Assembly (NCBI GenBank): GCA_965205265.1
Contig: CBDBGH010000001.1
Coordinates: 96,001-160,000 of the forward strand
DNA length: 64,000 nt
From: Alphaproteobacteria bacterium
GTDB lineage: Bacteria; Pseudomonadota; Alphaproteobacteria; Bin95
Direction of reading: 5' to 3'
The notes below the pieces were generated by a model, which was not told the DNA's origin, made no database searches, and saw nothing but the letters and a program-made list of their open reading frames with translations. The position numbers and the translations under genes are program-made. Each line of letters starts with the position of its first letter. Positions within the stretch are counted from its first letter, which is position 1. Of the stretch, positions 45,274-55,414 are shown one piece after another.

Positions 45274-46742
45274 AGCATCCATGTTGGAAATCAAGCCCGG
45301 ATCCGGCTTTTTTTCCGTTTTTTCCGGGTTCCGGATCCGGCTGTCCCGGACCTTTCCACAGCGTTCCCCACAGGCGGCGCCGTCCGGGCACGCCGGAAGC
45401 GCCCGCCGGGGAGACCCCGGCCGGCCCGAAGGTGATTCGTTTCCGTGCCGGACCGCGGCGGTCCGTCCGTGCGTCAGGCGGCGGTGGCCGCCGTCCGGTC
45501 CTCCCAGACGCGCCGGTCGCGGAGAAGGGCGTTGGCGGTCACGACCAGCCTGCGCATGACTGCCACGAGGGCGACCCTGTGTGGCCTGCCCCTCTCCCGG
45601 AGCCGTTGGTACAGCTCCCCCATGTCCGGGGAGCACCTGCTAGCCGACATCGCCGCCATGTAGACGACGTCCCTCGGCCGCCTCCTTCCGCCGCCGATGT
45701 GGCGCCCGCCCCTGATGGTGCCGCTGTCGCGGGCGAAGGGGGCCACGCCCAGCAGGGAGGCGGCCTGCCGGTTGCCGATGGCGCCCAGCTCCGCCATCCA
45801 CGCGATCAGGGCCGCGGCGGTGACGGGGCCGATGCCCGGCACCGAGGTCAGGATGCGGTGGCTTTCGGCGAACTCCGGCGATCCGGCGACCGTCACGCCG
45901 ATCCGCCGCTCCAGGGCCGCGATGGCGGCGTCGATGTCCTCGAGGACCCTGCCGACCTCCGCGCCGGGCGTCCCCCCGTCGATCTCCGACAGGACGGTCC
46001 TCAGCTCGGCCCGCTGGTCCACAAGTTTCTCCCGCAGCACCAGCATGTCGCGGAGCAGGTCGATGGCGGCGCTGGCCGGCTCCGTGGCCTGCATGTCCGG
46101 GAACGCGGCCCCGAAGGCCGCCAGTATCCTGGCGTCCACCCTGTCCGTCCTCCCCAGCGCCCCGGCGGCCTTCGCGAAGTCCCGGGCCTGGCGGGGGTTC
46201 ACCACGAGGGTGGCGAAACCCCTGGCGTGCAGCGACTGCAGCAGCGCCCGGTGCATGCGCCCCGTCGCCTCCATGACGGCCTTCACGGCGCCAGCCTCCC
46301 TGAGGAGGCGGGCGACCCTGCGCAGGCCGTCGCTGTCGTTGGTGGCCGTGAAGTCCCGCCCGTTGACGTGGATGTTGAGTGTACGCTTGCTTACGTCGAT
46401 TCCGGCGATTACTGTGGTCATGCTCTCCCGCTCCTATCCTCGCGATGATCCGGTTCTGAAAACCCAGGCATCCATCCAGGACCCGGGAGACGGACGGGAG
46501 GACGGGCCGACCACGCTTCCCCACGGATCCGCTGTCGCGATCCAAGGCGGTATCGGTCCAACCCGTCCTGCGGGGCCAGCCCCGCACCGACGCCGCCGGG
46601 TGGGACCCGGCGGCGTCGGCCCCGACACAGGAATGAACCGGAGGGACGGCGGAAGGCAACCGGCATGTTTTCCACAGGAAAGCGCGCCAGATTTTTCCAC
46701 AGCCACCTCCTCCTTTCATTTCTGATTCTCTGAACATACGAG
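45274..46742 (-). mobile_element. IS110-family element, copy 3, 1469 bp
   Basis: AG cores at 45274-45275 and 46741-46742; guide segments ATACCGCCT (complement of 46545-46553) and GGGGAAG. Confidence 0.92.
45474..46421 (-). CDS. IS110 DEDD transposase/recombinase
   Basis: 315 aa paralog of the other two copies. Confidence 0.95.
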   Translation of the reverse strand: MTTVIAGIDVSKRTLNIHVNGRDFTATNDSDGLRRVARLLREAGAVKAVMEATGRMHRALLQSLHARGFATLVVNPRQARDFAKAAGALGRTDRVDARILAAFGAAFPDMQATEPASAAIDLLRDMLVLREKLVDQRAELRTVLSEIDGGTPGAEVGRVLEDIDAAIAALERRIGVTVAGSPEFAESHRILTSVPGIGPVTAAALIAWMAELGAIGNRQAASLLGVAPFARDSGTIRGGRHIGGGRRRPRDVVYMAAMSASRCSPDMGELYQRLRERGRPHRVALVAVMRRLVVTANALLRDRRVWEDRTAATAA

Positions 46743-46926
46743 GTGTCCTGTCTTGCCGCGTCCCGCGTTGGCGCGCCGCTCGACATCATCCGCGAATATT
46801 GCCCGGAAAGGCCGTCCAGCTCTGCGAGGGAGCCGTGCCGGGTGGATTCCTGAACTGAAGGCGGAAAGGCGCTCGCCAACGGCAGGATGGCTGCGGCGGG
46901 AGGTGTCCCGATCGACAACCAGCGGC

Positions 46927-47820
46927 CTAGCCCCAAAGGTCGATTCCCGTCCCCCGCACGGCGGTCCTGACGGCATCGTGGTATCTCGCCTCCGTGCTCC
47001 GTGCCATTTCCGGGAGCTGGGCGGACGTGCGTTCGCAGAGCGCGGTGAAGTCGTCCATCCTGATTTCCCGGAAGGCCTGTCTCAGGTGAAGCACAAGCTC
47101 GTTCTCCTCTGGCTGCCTCGCTGCGCCCCTGCCTTCCGAGACCGCAAGGTTGTCGGCGAATATCTGGCACGAAACCAGGACGTCCCTTGATTTCGCCTGG
47201 GTCCACCGCCTGGGAATGACGGCCCCGAGCACCGCCTCCAACGCGACGTCGGACACCGTCCGCCGCTCCTCCCTGGCAATGGCGGCCGTGTGGTCGAGCA
47301 GACCCTTGACCGTCACCGGCGGCGCCTGGAGGCCCCTTTCGGTGAAATGGGCCTCCAGGCGGTCCCTCAGGATCGTGTTCCGGTTCCTGCTGGCCAGGAC
47401 GTCAATCCCATGCGCCCATGCCTGGGCATAGATCTGGCGGTCGCTGTCATTGTCGTCGGTGAACGCCGCCTCCGGGAGGACCGCCGATCGCCGGACGTAT
47501 TCCTGTTTGCCCAGATCGTGCAGGTGCGTGTAGGTCGAGGTGTTGCGCAGGCGCTCCTGATCCCACCATTCGGCCGCGGCCCGGGCCGCGGCTCCCGCAG
47601 CCCTATCCACGTTGTCCGGGCCCGCGATCCGGTCGCTCCTGCAGAGTCGCTGGATATACGTCGCCGCCTGCATCGGCAGGTTACTCTCCAGTTCGGCGTC
47701 CACCATGGGGAGAATGGCGACCCGCCGCCCGCGCATTCCCTCGATGGACGTGAGATAGCGCCTCGGAGTGGGATGGCGGATCAGGTTGGTGTCGGCCGCG
47801 ACGGCCACCGCCGCTGTCAT
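46927..47820 (-). CDS. PIN-like domain protein with a C-terminal extension
   Basis: VAADTNL, ILPMVDAEL, DNDSDRQIYAQA, VLASRN follow PIN acidic-residue spacing. Confidence 0.55.
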   Translation of the reverse strand: MTAAVAVAADTNLIRHPTPRRYLTSIEGMRGRRVAILPMVDAELESNLPMQAATYIQRLCRSDRIAGPDNVDRAAGAAARAAAEWWDQERLRNTSTYTHLHDLGKQEYVRRSAVLPEAAFTDDNDSDRQIYAQAWAHGIDVLASRNRNTILRDRLEAHFTERGLQAPPVTVKGLLDHTAAIAREERRTVSDVALEAVLGAVIPRRWTQAKSRDVLVSCQIFADNLAVSEGRGAARQPEENELVLHLRQAFREIRMDDFTALCERTSAQLPEMARSTEARYHDAVRTAVRGTGIDLWG

Positions 47821-48083
47821 CGCGCCGCCTCCGCCAGCGCATGGAGCCGGGCGTCGTCCGCCAGCGCCCGCTCACAGAGTTCCGCGTCGCCCCTTCGCCA
47901 GGCGGCCATGGCGGTCAGGAGGGGTGACCGCTCCCCATATTCCCAGAGGGATTCGATCGCCGCCCCGCACCATTCCGCCCGCTCCGGCGTCGTGCCGAGA
48001 TGGGGGATCACGGCGTCCCGGAAGGCTGTCCGGTATTCCTCCTCGCCCGTGCGGGCGGTTCCGAGCGTCACAGGTACCGCCAT
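47817..48083 (-). CDS. Small hypothetical protein coupled to the PIN-like gene, possible antitoxin
   Basis: ATGA overlap with the downstream gene; acidic and helical. Confidence 0.5.
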   Translation of the reverse strand: MAVPVTLGTARTGEEEYRTAFRDAVIPHLGTTPERAEWCGAAIESLWEYGERSPLLTAMAAWRRGDAELCERALADDARLHALAEAAR

Positions 48084-48252
48084 TGTCCCGTCTCTCCGCC
48101 GCCAGGGCTGCATCCTACCACAGGCAGGCCAGTGAGCAACAGCCGATGCGGATTCGGGTGTGCGCCATCGCTCACGGTCGCTCCGCAGTGCGACAACGGG
48201 AAACCCCGGCCCGGTATCCGCCGCGTAGTCGCGGCCCCTCCAGGCCGGGCGG

Positions 48253-49668
48253 TCACGAGGGAAGTCCGGGTGACCCGGCGGGCAGCCCCCTCGGCTGGCG
48301 TCCGGCGCGTTCCCGATCCCAGATGCCGTTCACCGATCTGGTGAGGTTGAGGCGTCCCTCGGCCGCCAGGGCGGTGAATCTCCGCAGTGTGCCTCCCGGC
48401 GAGCGGACGGGGCTCGTCGGATGGAACCGGTTCCGGTCGATGACGAGCAGGGCGACGAAGGCGGCGGTCTGGCCCATGACCTCGACCGCGTCCTCGTAGG
48501 CGGACGCGGCGATGCCGAGCTCGCGCAGGATCAGCGGGACGGCGTCCCGCCAGTCGGCGAAGGCGTCGAGGTAGAGTTCGGCATCACGGGAGGCCAGCGA
48601 CCGCAGCGTCGCGACGGTCAGCCTGGCGGCCATCTTCAGGCTGATGAGGTCGCCGTCGACAGCCGTCCCGGTGCTTTCGCTCCCGTCCCTCCCGGCTTCG
48701 GAAACGGGTTCCCTGACAGGGGGGGAACCTCCCGATCCACCCTCATCCCCGGTTTCACCGGACCCAGCTGGGTTACAGGATTCATTCCCGGTTTCGGTTG
48801 TAGGTTGTATATGGCGCCGGACACCAATGTCCGGTGCGGCGGACATATCCGCCTGAATCCGCGTGATTTCCTGCGGCCCGGATCCGGAACATTCCGCCGG
48901 ATCCCCGGACGCGGCGGCCCGCTCCGGCGCGGTTCCGGGGGACGGCGCGGCCTCCGCAGGCCCCCCGGCCGCCGCCACCTGCCGCTCCAGACCGAGGATG
49001 GCGTCCAGCCAGGCCGCAAGGGACTCGTGCGTGGCCGTCCTGAGGCAGGCGGGCTTCAGCCGCCGTTCGGTTTCCCCGAGGCGCTCCGTGAGTTCGGCTT
49101 TCCGGTCCGGATCCTTGACGGCCCCGATGCCCTGGCCGAGCCTGCGCCGGGCCATGCTTGCCCTGAGCCGGGTGTCCTGCCGCTCCCGCTCGGCGGTCTC
49201 CGCCTGCCGGAGCAGCGCGGTGACCGCGGCGTGGTTGGCGATGCAGGGCTCCAGGGAGATTCCGGCCACCGGGGCCGCCGCGCCGGACCTCCGTCCCCTG
49301 TAGCCGTTGGCGGCCGTGGTCCTCGCGACCACGCCGAAGGCCTGGAGGCTGGTCTCGATCCTGCGGAACTGCCGCTCGCCGATCCCGACCTCGCGCGCCA
49401 TGTCGGCCTGACGGCGGAAGTTCACCGCCGCCTCGGTTGTGGAGTGCCACGCGGCGCGGCCGGTGGTGTCGGCGATCTGCCTGAAGACGAGGATTTCGGT
49501 GGCGTTCGCCCCGAACAGCCGCAGCGCCGCCTCGGCGTTCCGGATCGCCCGGGCCTTCGTGACATCCCCGGGCAGGGAGAAGCGCTCGTCCTCGGAGGGA
49601 AGGAACGCCTGGACCGTCGTGGCCCGGTGCGGATCGTAGCCTGATTTGAGTTCTGTCTGGATCGTCAT
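48253..49668 (-). CDS. repC: Plasmid replication initiator RepC
   Basis: wHTH-like ERQFRRIETSL..FGVVAR..AANGYRG..GISLEP; C-terminal LGI..SAYEDAVEVMG...VRSPGGTLR...GRLNL. Confidence 0.85.
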   Translation of the reverse strand: MTIQTELKSGYDPHRATTVQAFLPSEDERFSLPGDVTKARAIRNAEAALRLFGANATEILVFRQIADTTGRAAWHSTTEAAVNFRRQADMAREVGIGERQFRRIETSLQAFGVVARTTAANGYRGRRSGAAAPVAGISLEPCIANHAAVTALLRQAETAERERQDTRLRASMARRRLGQGIGAVKDPDRKAELTERLGETERRLKPACLRTATHESLAAWLDAILGLERQVAAAGGPAEAAPSPGTAPERAAASGDPAECSGSGPQEITRIQADMSAAPDIGVRRHIQPTTETGNESCNPAGSGETGDEGGSGGSPPVREPVSEAGRDGSESTGTAVDGDLISLKMAARLTVATLRSLASRDAELYLDAFADWRDAVPLILRELGIAASAYEDAVEVMGQTAAFVALLVIDRNRFHPTSPVRSPGGTLRRFTALAAEGRLNLTRSVNGIWDRERAGRQPRGLPAGSPGLPS

Positions 49669-50051
49669 CTCGGAACTTCCTCTGTTGGGAGCTGTCCGGG
49701 GATCCGACCGTGGCGGCGGTGCGGGAAAGACGCGAATCCGCCGATTCCCTCCCTCACGCCGCCCGCATCCATCTGATACCAAAACGCCGATGGTGCGCGC
49801 CCGCTGGCGCCATTTCCGGTGCGTTGTCTGAGGTCTGGATCCTCGGCCACCAGCTCTGTGGTGGATGGCACGGGGTCGCTCCCCGGCCCGACTTCACCGC
49901 CGGTCCGTGGGGCGACACCGCGTCTGGAGGCGGATCCACAGCCGCGGCCAGGTTGCCATAGCAAGGCCTCCGGCGTTGCCGGAGGAAACCCCTTGATCCC
50001 CGGGGATTTCGGCGCTAGCTTCGCAGCGCCATGGTTTTGAAGAGGATCATA

Positions 50052-50077
50052 CCCCCCCCCCCCCCCCCCCCCCCCCC
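50052..50077 (+). repeat. Poly-C tract (26 nt) between divergent repC and pil operon
   Basis: Counted directly. Confidence 0.85.
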
Positions 50078-50184
50078 GCAATTTCCGGGGAGCGGACGGC
50101 GGTGAACCGCGTGCGGCGATAGGTCTCCGCCGGGTATCCGGCCAGCTTCAGCGCTGCCGTACCGAGGGATCCTGCCGGACGGGC

Positions 50185-51060
50185 GTGGATGCGACTCGCG
50201 GATTCCATGCCTCCAGCTTACGGGCGATCGGCGCCTTTGCCACATCCTTGATTCTGGCCTGCCTTTCCGGCCCTGCCGCCGCCACGGTCGATCCGGTGAT
50301 CCGCTGCCCGGACTGGCAGCGCCATGCGCCGCCGGTCCGGCTGGCCGACGCCTCGGCTGGCCAGACACGCAGGGACTTCGAAACCCGCTCGTCTCCTCCC
50401 GGCGGGTCGGCGGCCGCGGTGGACCCATCCATCGTTCAATCCACCGCGGCCGCCGTTTGCCCCACCCACACCGTCCGGTCCGGCGACACACTGTCGGGGA
50501 TCGCGGCCGCCCGGCTGGGCAGCGCCGGACGCTGGGGCGAGATCGCCGCGGCGAACGGCGGGCTGGATCCGGTCAGGCTCCGGGTCGGGGCCGTGCTGGA
50601 CATTCCCTGCGGGGACAGCGGGGCGACCGCTGGAAACGGACGGCTGGCCGCGGACGGCGGCCCGCCGCCGGCCGCGTCGGGGGGCTTCCTGGCCCGGCTG
50701 TTCGGCATCGCCCGGACACCTCCGGCGGATCCCGGGGATACGTCCGGGAACGGTCGGGCGGGGCAGGGGACCCACCCGCCGTCGGACGCGGCCGTTCCTG
50801 AGCCCAAGCCACCGCCGCCGGTCTGGCAGGCCCGGAAGGGCGAGTATTTCGCCGATGTCCTCAGGCGCTGGGGCGGGGAGGCGGGCTACACGGTCATCGC
50901 CGACAGCGTGGACGTCTGGCGGCTGGGCGTGCCGGTTCGCATCCGGGCGGCGTTCGAGGACGCGGTCGCGGAACTGGTGCGCGGCCTGGGCCACGGCGGC
51001 GTCGCGCCCCGCGTCCGCATCCATCCGAACGGGGTCATCCGACTCGGAGGGCCGGTCTGA
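50185..51060 (+). CDS. LysM plus TcpQ/PilL-like domain protein; start uncertain
   Basis: HTVRSGDTLSGIA...IAAANG...LRVGAVLDIP (LysM); WQARKGE...LRRWG.EAGY...FEDAVAELV (TcpQ-like). Confidence 0.75.
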   Translation: MDATRGFHASSLRAIGAFATSLILACLSGPAAATVDPVIRCPDWQRHAPPVRLADASAGQTRRDFETRSSPPGGSAAAVDPSIVQSTAAAVCPTHTVRSGDTLSGIAAARLGSAGRWGEIAAANGGLDPVRLRVGAVLDIPCGDSGATAGNGRLAADGGPPPAASGGFLARLFGIARTPPADPGDTSGNGRAGQGTHPPSDAAVPEPKPPPPVWQARKGEYFADVLRRWGGEAGYTVIADSVDVWRLGVPVRIRAAFEDAVAELVRGLGHGGVAPRVRIHPNGVIRLGGPV

Positions 51061-52538
51061 TGGCGGGCCGGACAGCTGCCGCCCTCCTGCTTTGCGCGGC
51101 CACGCTGGCCGGGGGCTGCGACGGCATCCGCAGGGACGCCGCCACCGGCGTGGCGGAGGGCCGCCGGCTGACCGCCGCCGAGATCGGCAGGCAGCGCGCG
51201 GTGCAGCGCGGGGAGATCATCCGCGAGGAGCGGCCGTTCTACGGCGCCGCGGTCGAGGCCGAACGCGGCTCCCGGTCGGGCGATCCGCTCCCGGCCGCCG
51301 TCGACGGTGCGCGTGGCTTCCGCATCGCGCTGGCGGGACAGGCCGATGTCCGCACGGTCGCGGAAGCGGTCACGGCGGCGACCGGCATCCCGGTGAACAT
51401 ACGGACCCGCTACGTGCTTGGGTCGGGGGTCGTCGACGTTCCCATCGGAACCCGCATGGCGGCGCGGTTCGAGGGCCCGCTCTCCGCCTTCCTCGACCGG
51501 CTCGGCTCCCGGATGGACGTGGCCTGGTCCTACGACGGCCGCGCCATCACCATCGACCGCATGGTCCGGCGGACCTGGAGGGTTCCGCTGCCGTTCGGCG
51601 CCACCGACATATCGGACAGCGCCGCGACCGAGGCGGGGGCCAGCGTCTCTACCACGCGGTCGCTCGATCCCTGGGCGGAGCTCGGCGACCGCCTCTTGCC
51701 CCTCGCGCCGCCTCCCGCTCAGATCAGCCTCTCGCCGCAGACCGGACGGGTCGAGGTCCTTGGCCCGCCCTCGGTGATCGACTCCGTCACCCGGGTTCTC
51801 GAGGATGTGGTGACGACCGCCTCGGTGCGCATCGGACTGGAGATCGGGGTGTATTTCGTCGACACTGACAGGGCCGACAGCTTCGGCGTCGCCCTGGACC
51901 TCGAGGCCCGGGCCGGGGACCTCACCGCGTCGCTGGCCGCCGCGGCCACCGGCGCCGCCGCCGGGAGCCTGGTGATAGGACGTCCGGGGACCCGGGAATC
52001 CGCCATCGACTTTCGGGCGCTGGCGCGCGACAGCGCCGTCGTCGACTACAGGCTCGCCTCCACCGTCGCCCAGTCGGGCGTGATCTCGCCGATCGCCTTG
52101 ACCCGGGAGACCCGGTACATCGAGCGGATCACGACGGTCACGGCCGAGAACGGGACCAACACGACGGCCTACGAGCCCGGCGAGTTCGAGACCGGTCTGT
52201 CGATCTCGGCGCTCCCCCGGCTGGTCGACCGCCGCCGGGTCCAGCTCGCCCTGACCCTGACGCAGCGTGAACTGGTGGACTTCCTGCGGCGGGGCGGCAC
52301 GACCGGGGCCATCGGGCTGCCGTCGATCGAGAACCGTTCCATCCGCAACGAATCGGTGCTGGTCCCCGGGGAGACCCTGGTCCTGTCGGGATACGAGAGC
52401 GAGCGCTCCGAGCGCGGAAACCAGGGGATCGGGTTCCTCCGGCTTCTGGGGATCGGGGGCAGCAGCGAAGCCAGGCGCCGCAAGGTCAGGATGGTCGTCC
52501 TCGTGCGGCCGACCCTGATACCGGCGGGGAGGGCATGA
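51060..52538 (+). CDS. pilN: Type IVb pilus secretin lipoprotein, PilN/BfpB-like
   Basis: LAGGC lipobox; ETGLSISALPR, NESVLVPGETLVLSGYE, VVLVRP secretin C-terminus. Confidence 0.8.
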   Translation: MAGRTAAALLLCAATLAGGCDGIRRDAATGVAEGRRLTAAEIGRQRAVQRGEIIREERPFYGAAVEAERGSRSGDPLPAAVDGARGFRIALAGQADVRTVAEAVTAATGIPVNIRTRYVLGSGVVDVPIGTRMAARFEGPLSAFLDRLGSRMDVAWSYDGRAITIDRMVRRTWRVPLPFGATDISDSAATEAGASVSTTRSLDPWAELGDRLLPLAPPPAQISLSPQTGRVEVLGPPSVIDSVTRVLEDVVTTASVRIGLEIGVYFVDTDRADSFGVALDLEARAGDLTASLAAAATGAAAGSLVIGRPGTRESAIDFRALARDSAVVDYRLASTVAQSGVISPIALTRETRYIERITTVTAENGTNTTAYEPGEFETGLSISALPRLVDRRRVQLALTLTQRELVDFLRRGGTTGAIGLPSIENRSIRNESVLVPGETLVLSGYESERSERGNQGIGFLRLLGIGGSSEARRRKVRMVVLVRPTLIPAGRA

Positions 52539-53911
52539 CGGTGACGGACAGGCCCGAGCGGATCGGCTACGTCGGGACCGACGGCGGGCTCCGGCTCGCG
52601 GCCGGGCTCTCCTGGAGGGCGGTGGCGACGGATCCGACCTGGCGGATCGGCGCGACCGGACTCGCGCTTGTCCACGCGGAAGGGGGGTCGGCGGAGGAGG
52701 GCCGCTACGCGCGGACCCAGGACATGGCGGCCGAGGGTGCGTCGTCGCTGCTCCTTGCGCTTGCCCGGTGCCTCACGGAGGCGGGCGATGGCGGCCCGCT
52801 GGCGGAGGGGGGCGACTGGCTGTTCGTCGCCCGCACCGATCCTGACAGCGCACATCCCGAAGGCCGCCACTGGCTGGCCCAGGCGAGCGTCTCGGTGACG
52901 GGGGACGCGACCGTCACCGCGGTTCCGCTCGCCCGTCCGGAGGAGTGCCACGATTCGTTCGACGGCCTCATGCAGGCGGTGACCGAGATCTCCTCCGTCT
53001 GGATCGTGGCGGGTCTGGCGGTCATGGACACCGATCCGTTCGCCGACCGGGTCACGGAGGCGCTGGTGGCGGCGGGCGTGTTCGACGCCGCCCGCATCCG
53101 TCGCGTGTCGCCGAGGGCTGACGGCCTTCCGGTCTTCACGAGGTTCAGGCGCATGCCCGTCGCCACTGTGGCGGTGGCCATGTCCGCGGCGGGGGCCGCG
53201 CTTGTGGCGGCTCTGTTGCTGCCGGGCCTGCTCTCCTCCCTGATGGCGGCCGCGCCGCCGCCGCCGGTGCAGCTGGCCCGCGCCACCGTCGCCGACGGCG
53301 CGTTCCGTTCGGCGTGTTCCGGCAGCCTGTCGGACTGGTGGCCGCGTGTGGTCGGCTGGCGGACGCGCTCCTCGGGCTGCGCCCTCGCCGGCCACGTCCC
53401 TGCCCGGATCGGGATTGCCCCGCCACGGATCTCCCCTGCGGAGCCCGGGGCCGCGATGCTGTCCTGGCGGCGGCTGGAGCTCGAGGACAGCGCGAATCCG
53501 GTGCTTGCGGCGGGCGCCGCCGAGCGGGTCCTGGCCGACTGGCCGCATGGCTACATCCGGGAGGCGCGGGCGGTCACGCTCTGGCGTCCGTTCACGTTGC
53601 CGCTGGTGGCGGAGTCCCCGCCGGAACACGCTCCGGAGGACGTCCCGTCCGCCCGTCTACGGAAGCTCTGGGCGGACACGCCCGGCGCCGTACGGGAAGG
53701 GCAGGGGGGATTCACGGTCACCGCGCCCGGAGCGCCGGATGACCTGCTCGCCCGGGCCTCGCGGGTCCCCGATCTGGCGCCCGTCCTGCTCGATGTGCCT
53801 GAGACGGGTCCCGCCACCATGGTGCTGCGCCCGCCCCAATCCCGGAACCTTCCCGCCGCCCTTCTCGCCGGACCCCGGGCGGCCACCGTCAACGAAAGGA
53901 ACGGACCATGA
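52535..53911 (+). CDS. PilO-like pilus accessory protein
   Basis: AAGLSW near the N-terminus, single TM, C..L...GW....C periplasmic motif; position after the secretin. Confidence 0.55.
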   Translation: MTVTDRPERIGYVGTDGGLRLAAGLSWRAVATDPTWRIGATGLALVHAEGGSAEEGRYARTQDMAAEGASSLLLALARCLTEAGDGGPLAEGGDWLFVARTDPDSAHPEGRHWLAQASVSVTGDATVTAVPLARPEECHDSFDGLMQAVTEISSVWIVAGLAVMDTDPFADRVTEALVAAGVFDAARIRRVSPRADGLPVFTRFRRMPVATVAVAMSAAGAALVAALLLPGLLSSLMAAAPPPPVQLARATVADGAFRSACSGSLSDWWPRVVGWRTRSSGCALAGHVPARIGIAPPRISPAEPGAAMLSWRRLELEDSANPVLAAGAAERVLADWPHGYIREARAVTLWRPFTLPLVAESPPEHAPEDVPSARLRKLWADTPGAVREGQGGFTVTAPGAPDDLLARASRVPDLAPVLLDVPETGPATMVLRPPQSRNLPAALLAGPRAATVNERNGP

Positions 53912-55401
53912 GAAAGACGGCGCGCGGTGCGCTTCTCGCGACCACGGCGCTGGCCGCGCTTCCGGCGCTTCCGGCGACGGCCCTCCAGGGGATCGACTGC
54001 GAGCGCATTCCGGCCCGGTACAGCGGGCGGGCGCTGTGCGAGGCGGACCGGGCGACGGCGCTTCACTACGCACGGCAGCTGGAGGCGGTGCGCGACAGGG
54101 TCCTGCGCGCCCTCGCGACGCTTCCGGCGGCGGAGAGGGCGTCGCTGGTGGCCCATCTTGAGACCGACGACCGGATCGGTGACTGGCGTCCGCCGCCCGG
54201 CGCCCCGGCCTGGGTGTGGTCGGAATACTCCCGGGGGCTGCTGGACACGCTGGGGATCGACGCCTCCGCATGGGACATTCGCGTACGTGGCTGCGGCGGA
54301 CGGCTGGGCTGGATGGCGGCCTACTACGGATCCGGGGCGCTGAAGGCCCGCTGGGATGGTGGCCGCATCCAGCGCGCGGCGGAGGAATGGACGGCGACCC
54401 GCCTCGTGGATCCGGAGGGCGTTCCCCGGACGGTCTCCGGCGCGGTGGGCTCCCCGGCGGCCCGGCGGCCGGACGGGACGGCGCAGGCGCTGGACGGCTG
54501 CCTGGATTCGGTGTCGGCGTACGGCTCCCCGATGCCCCGCGGCGCGGCCGCGCTGCACGGCGTGATGGTGTGGCCGCTGGAGGTCGCGCGGGCCTCGGCG
54601 CGCGATCCGTCGACGCTCGACTGCGGCTGGAACCTCTTCCCGGTGCCTGACAGGTGTCGGCCACCCCCACCCCCGCCGCCTCCTCCGGACCCATGGTGGA
54701 CGTGGTGGCGGCCAACTCCTCCGCCACCGCCGCCTCCACCCGCCCCGAAGGAACCGCCAGCGCCGGCCCCGAAGGAGCCACCGGAGACGGGGACGGAAGA
54801 CCCGCCCACCCCTCCGCCGCCGAGGAAGCCGCCGCCCGTCGACCGCCGCCCGCCCGAGCGGCAGGGCGATGACAGCCGCGACGAGCCGGACAGAAGCTTC
54901 GACGTGGACGGTGACGGCCGCGGCGACTACCGCACCAGCGGCGATGCCAGAAGGGCCGGTTACTCGAGCAGGGAGATACGGACGGTCGAGAGCGACTGCC
55001 AGAGCTGCAACGGGCCGTCGCGGCGATCAGACAGGGATGACGGCGACGATGACCGTGGCGGGGGCGGCTGCTTCCTGACCACGGCGGTGACCTCGATGCG
55101 CGGCGAACCCGACGACGGACCGACGCTCACCCTGCTCAGGGCGTTCCGCGATGGCTGGCTCTCGCGCCGGCCCGACGGTCCGGCGCTGCTCGCCGCCTAC
55201 TACGACATCGCCCCGCGCATCGTGGCTGCCATCCCGCCCGGCCATCCTGAATGGGAGCGGATCGCGGCGGATGTGGATCTCGCGGCGTTCCTGATCGCCG
55301 CCGGGGAACCCGCGTCCGCATTCGCCGTCTACCGCTCCATGGTGGTCCGCCTGATTCGCGGCTGGCTGCCCGGGACGGCGCCCGGTCGCAAGGGAAAATG
55401 G
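53908..55401 (+). CDS. Exported Pro-rich protein ending in a CFI-box-CTERM-like domain; likely stop read as TGG at 55399
   Basis: Signal peptide, poly-Pro linker, DVDGDGRGDY, CQSC, GGGGCFLTTA...LRAFRD.WL...YY..AP. Confidence 0.6.
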
Positions 55402-55414
55402 AAGGAGTCCGGAC

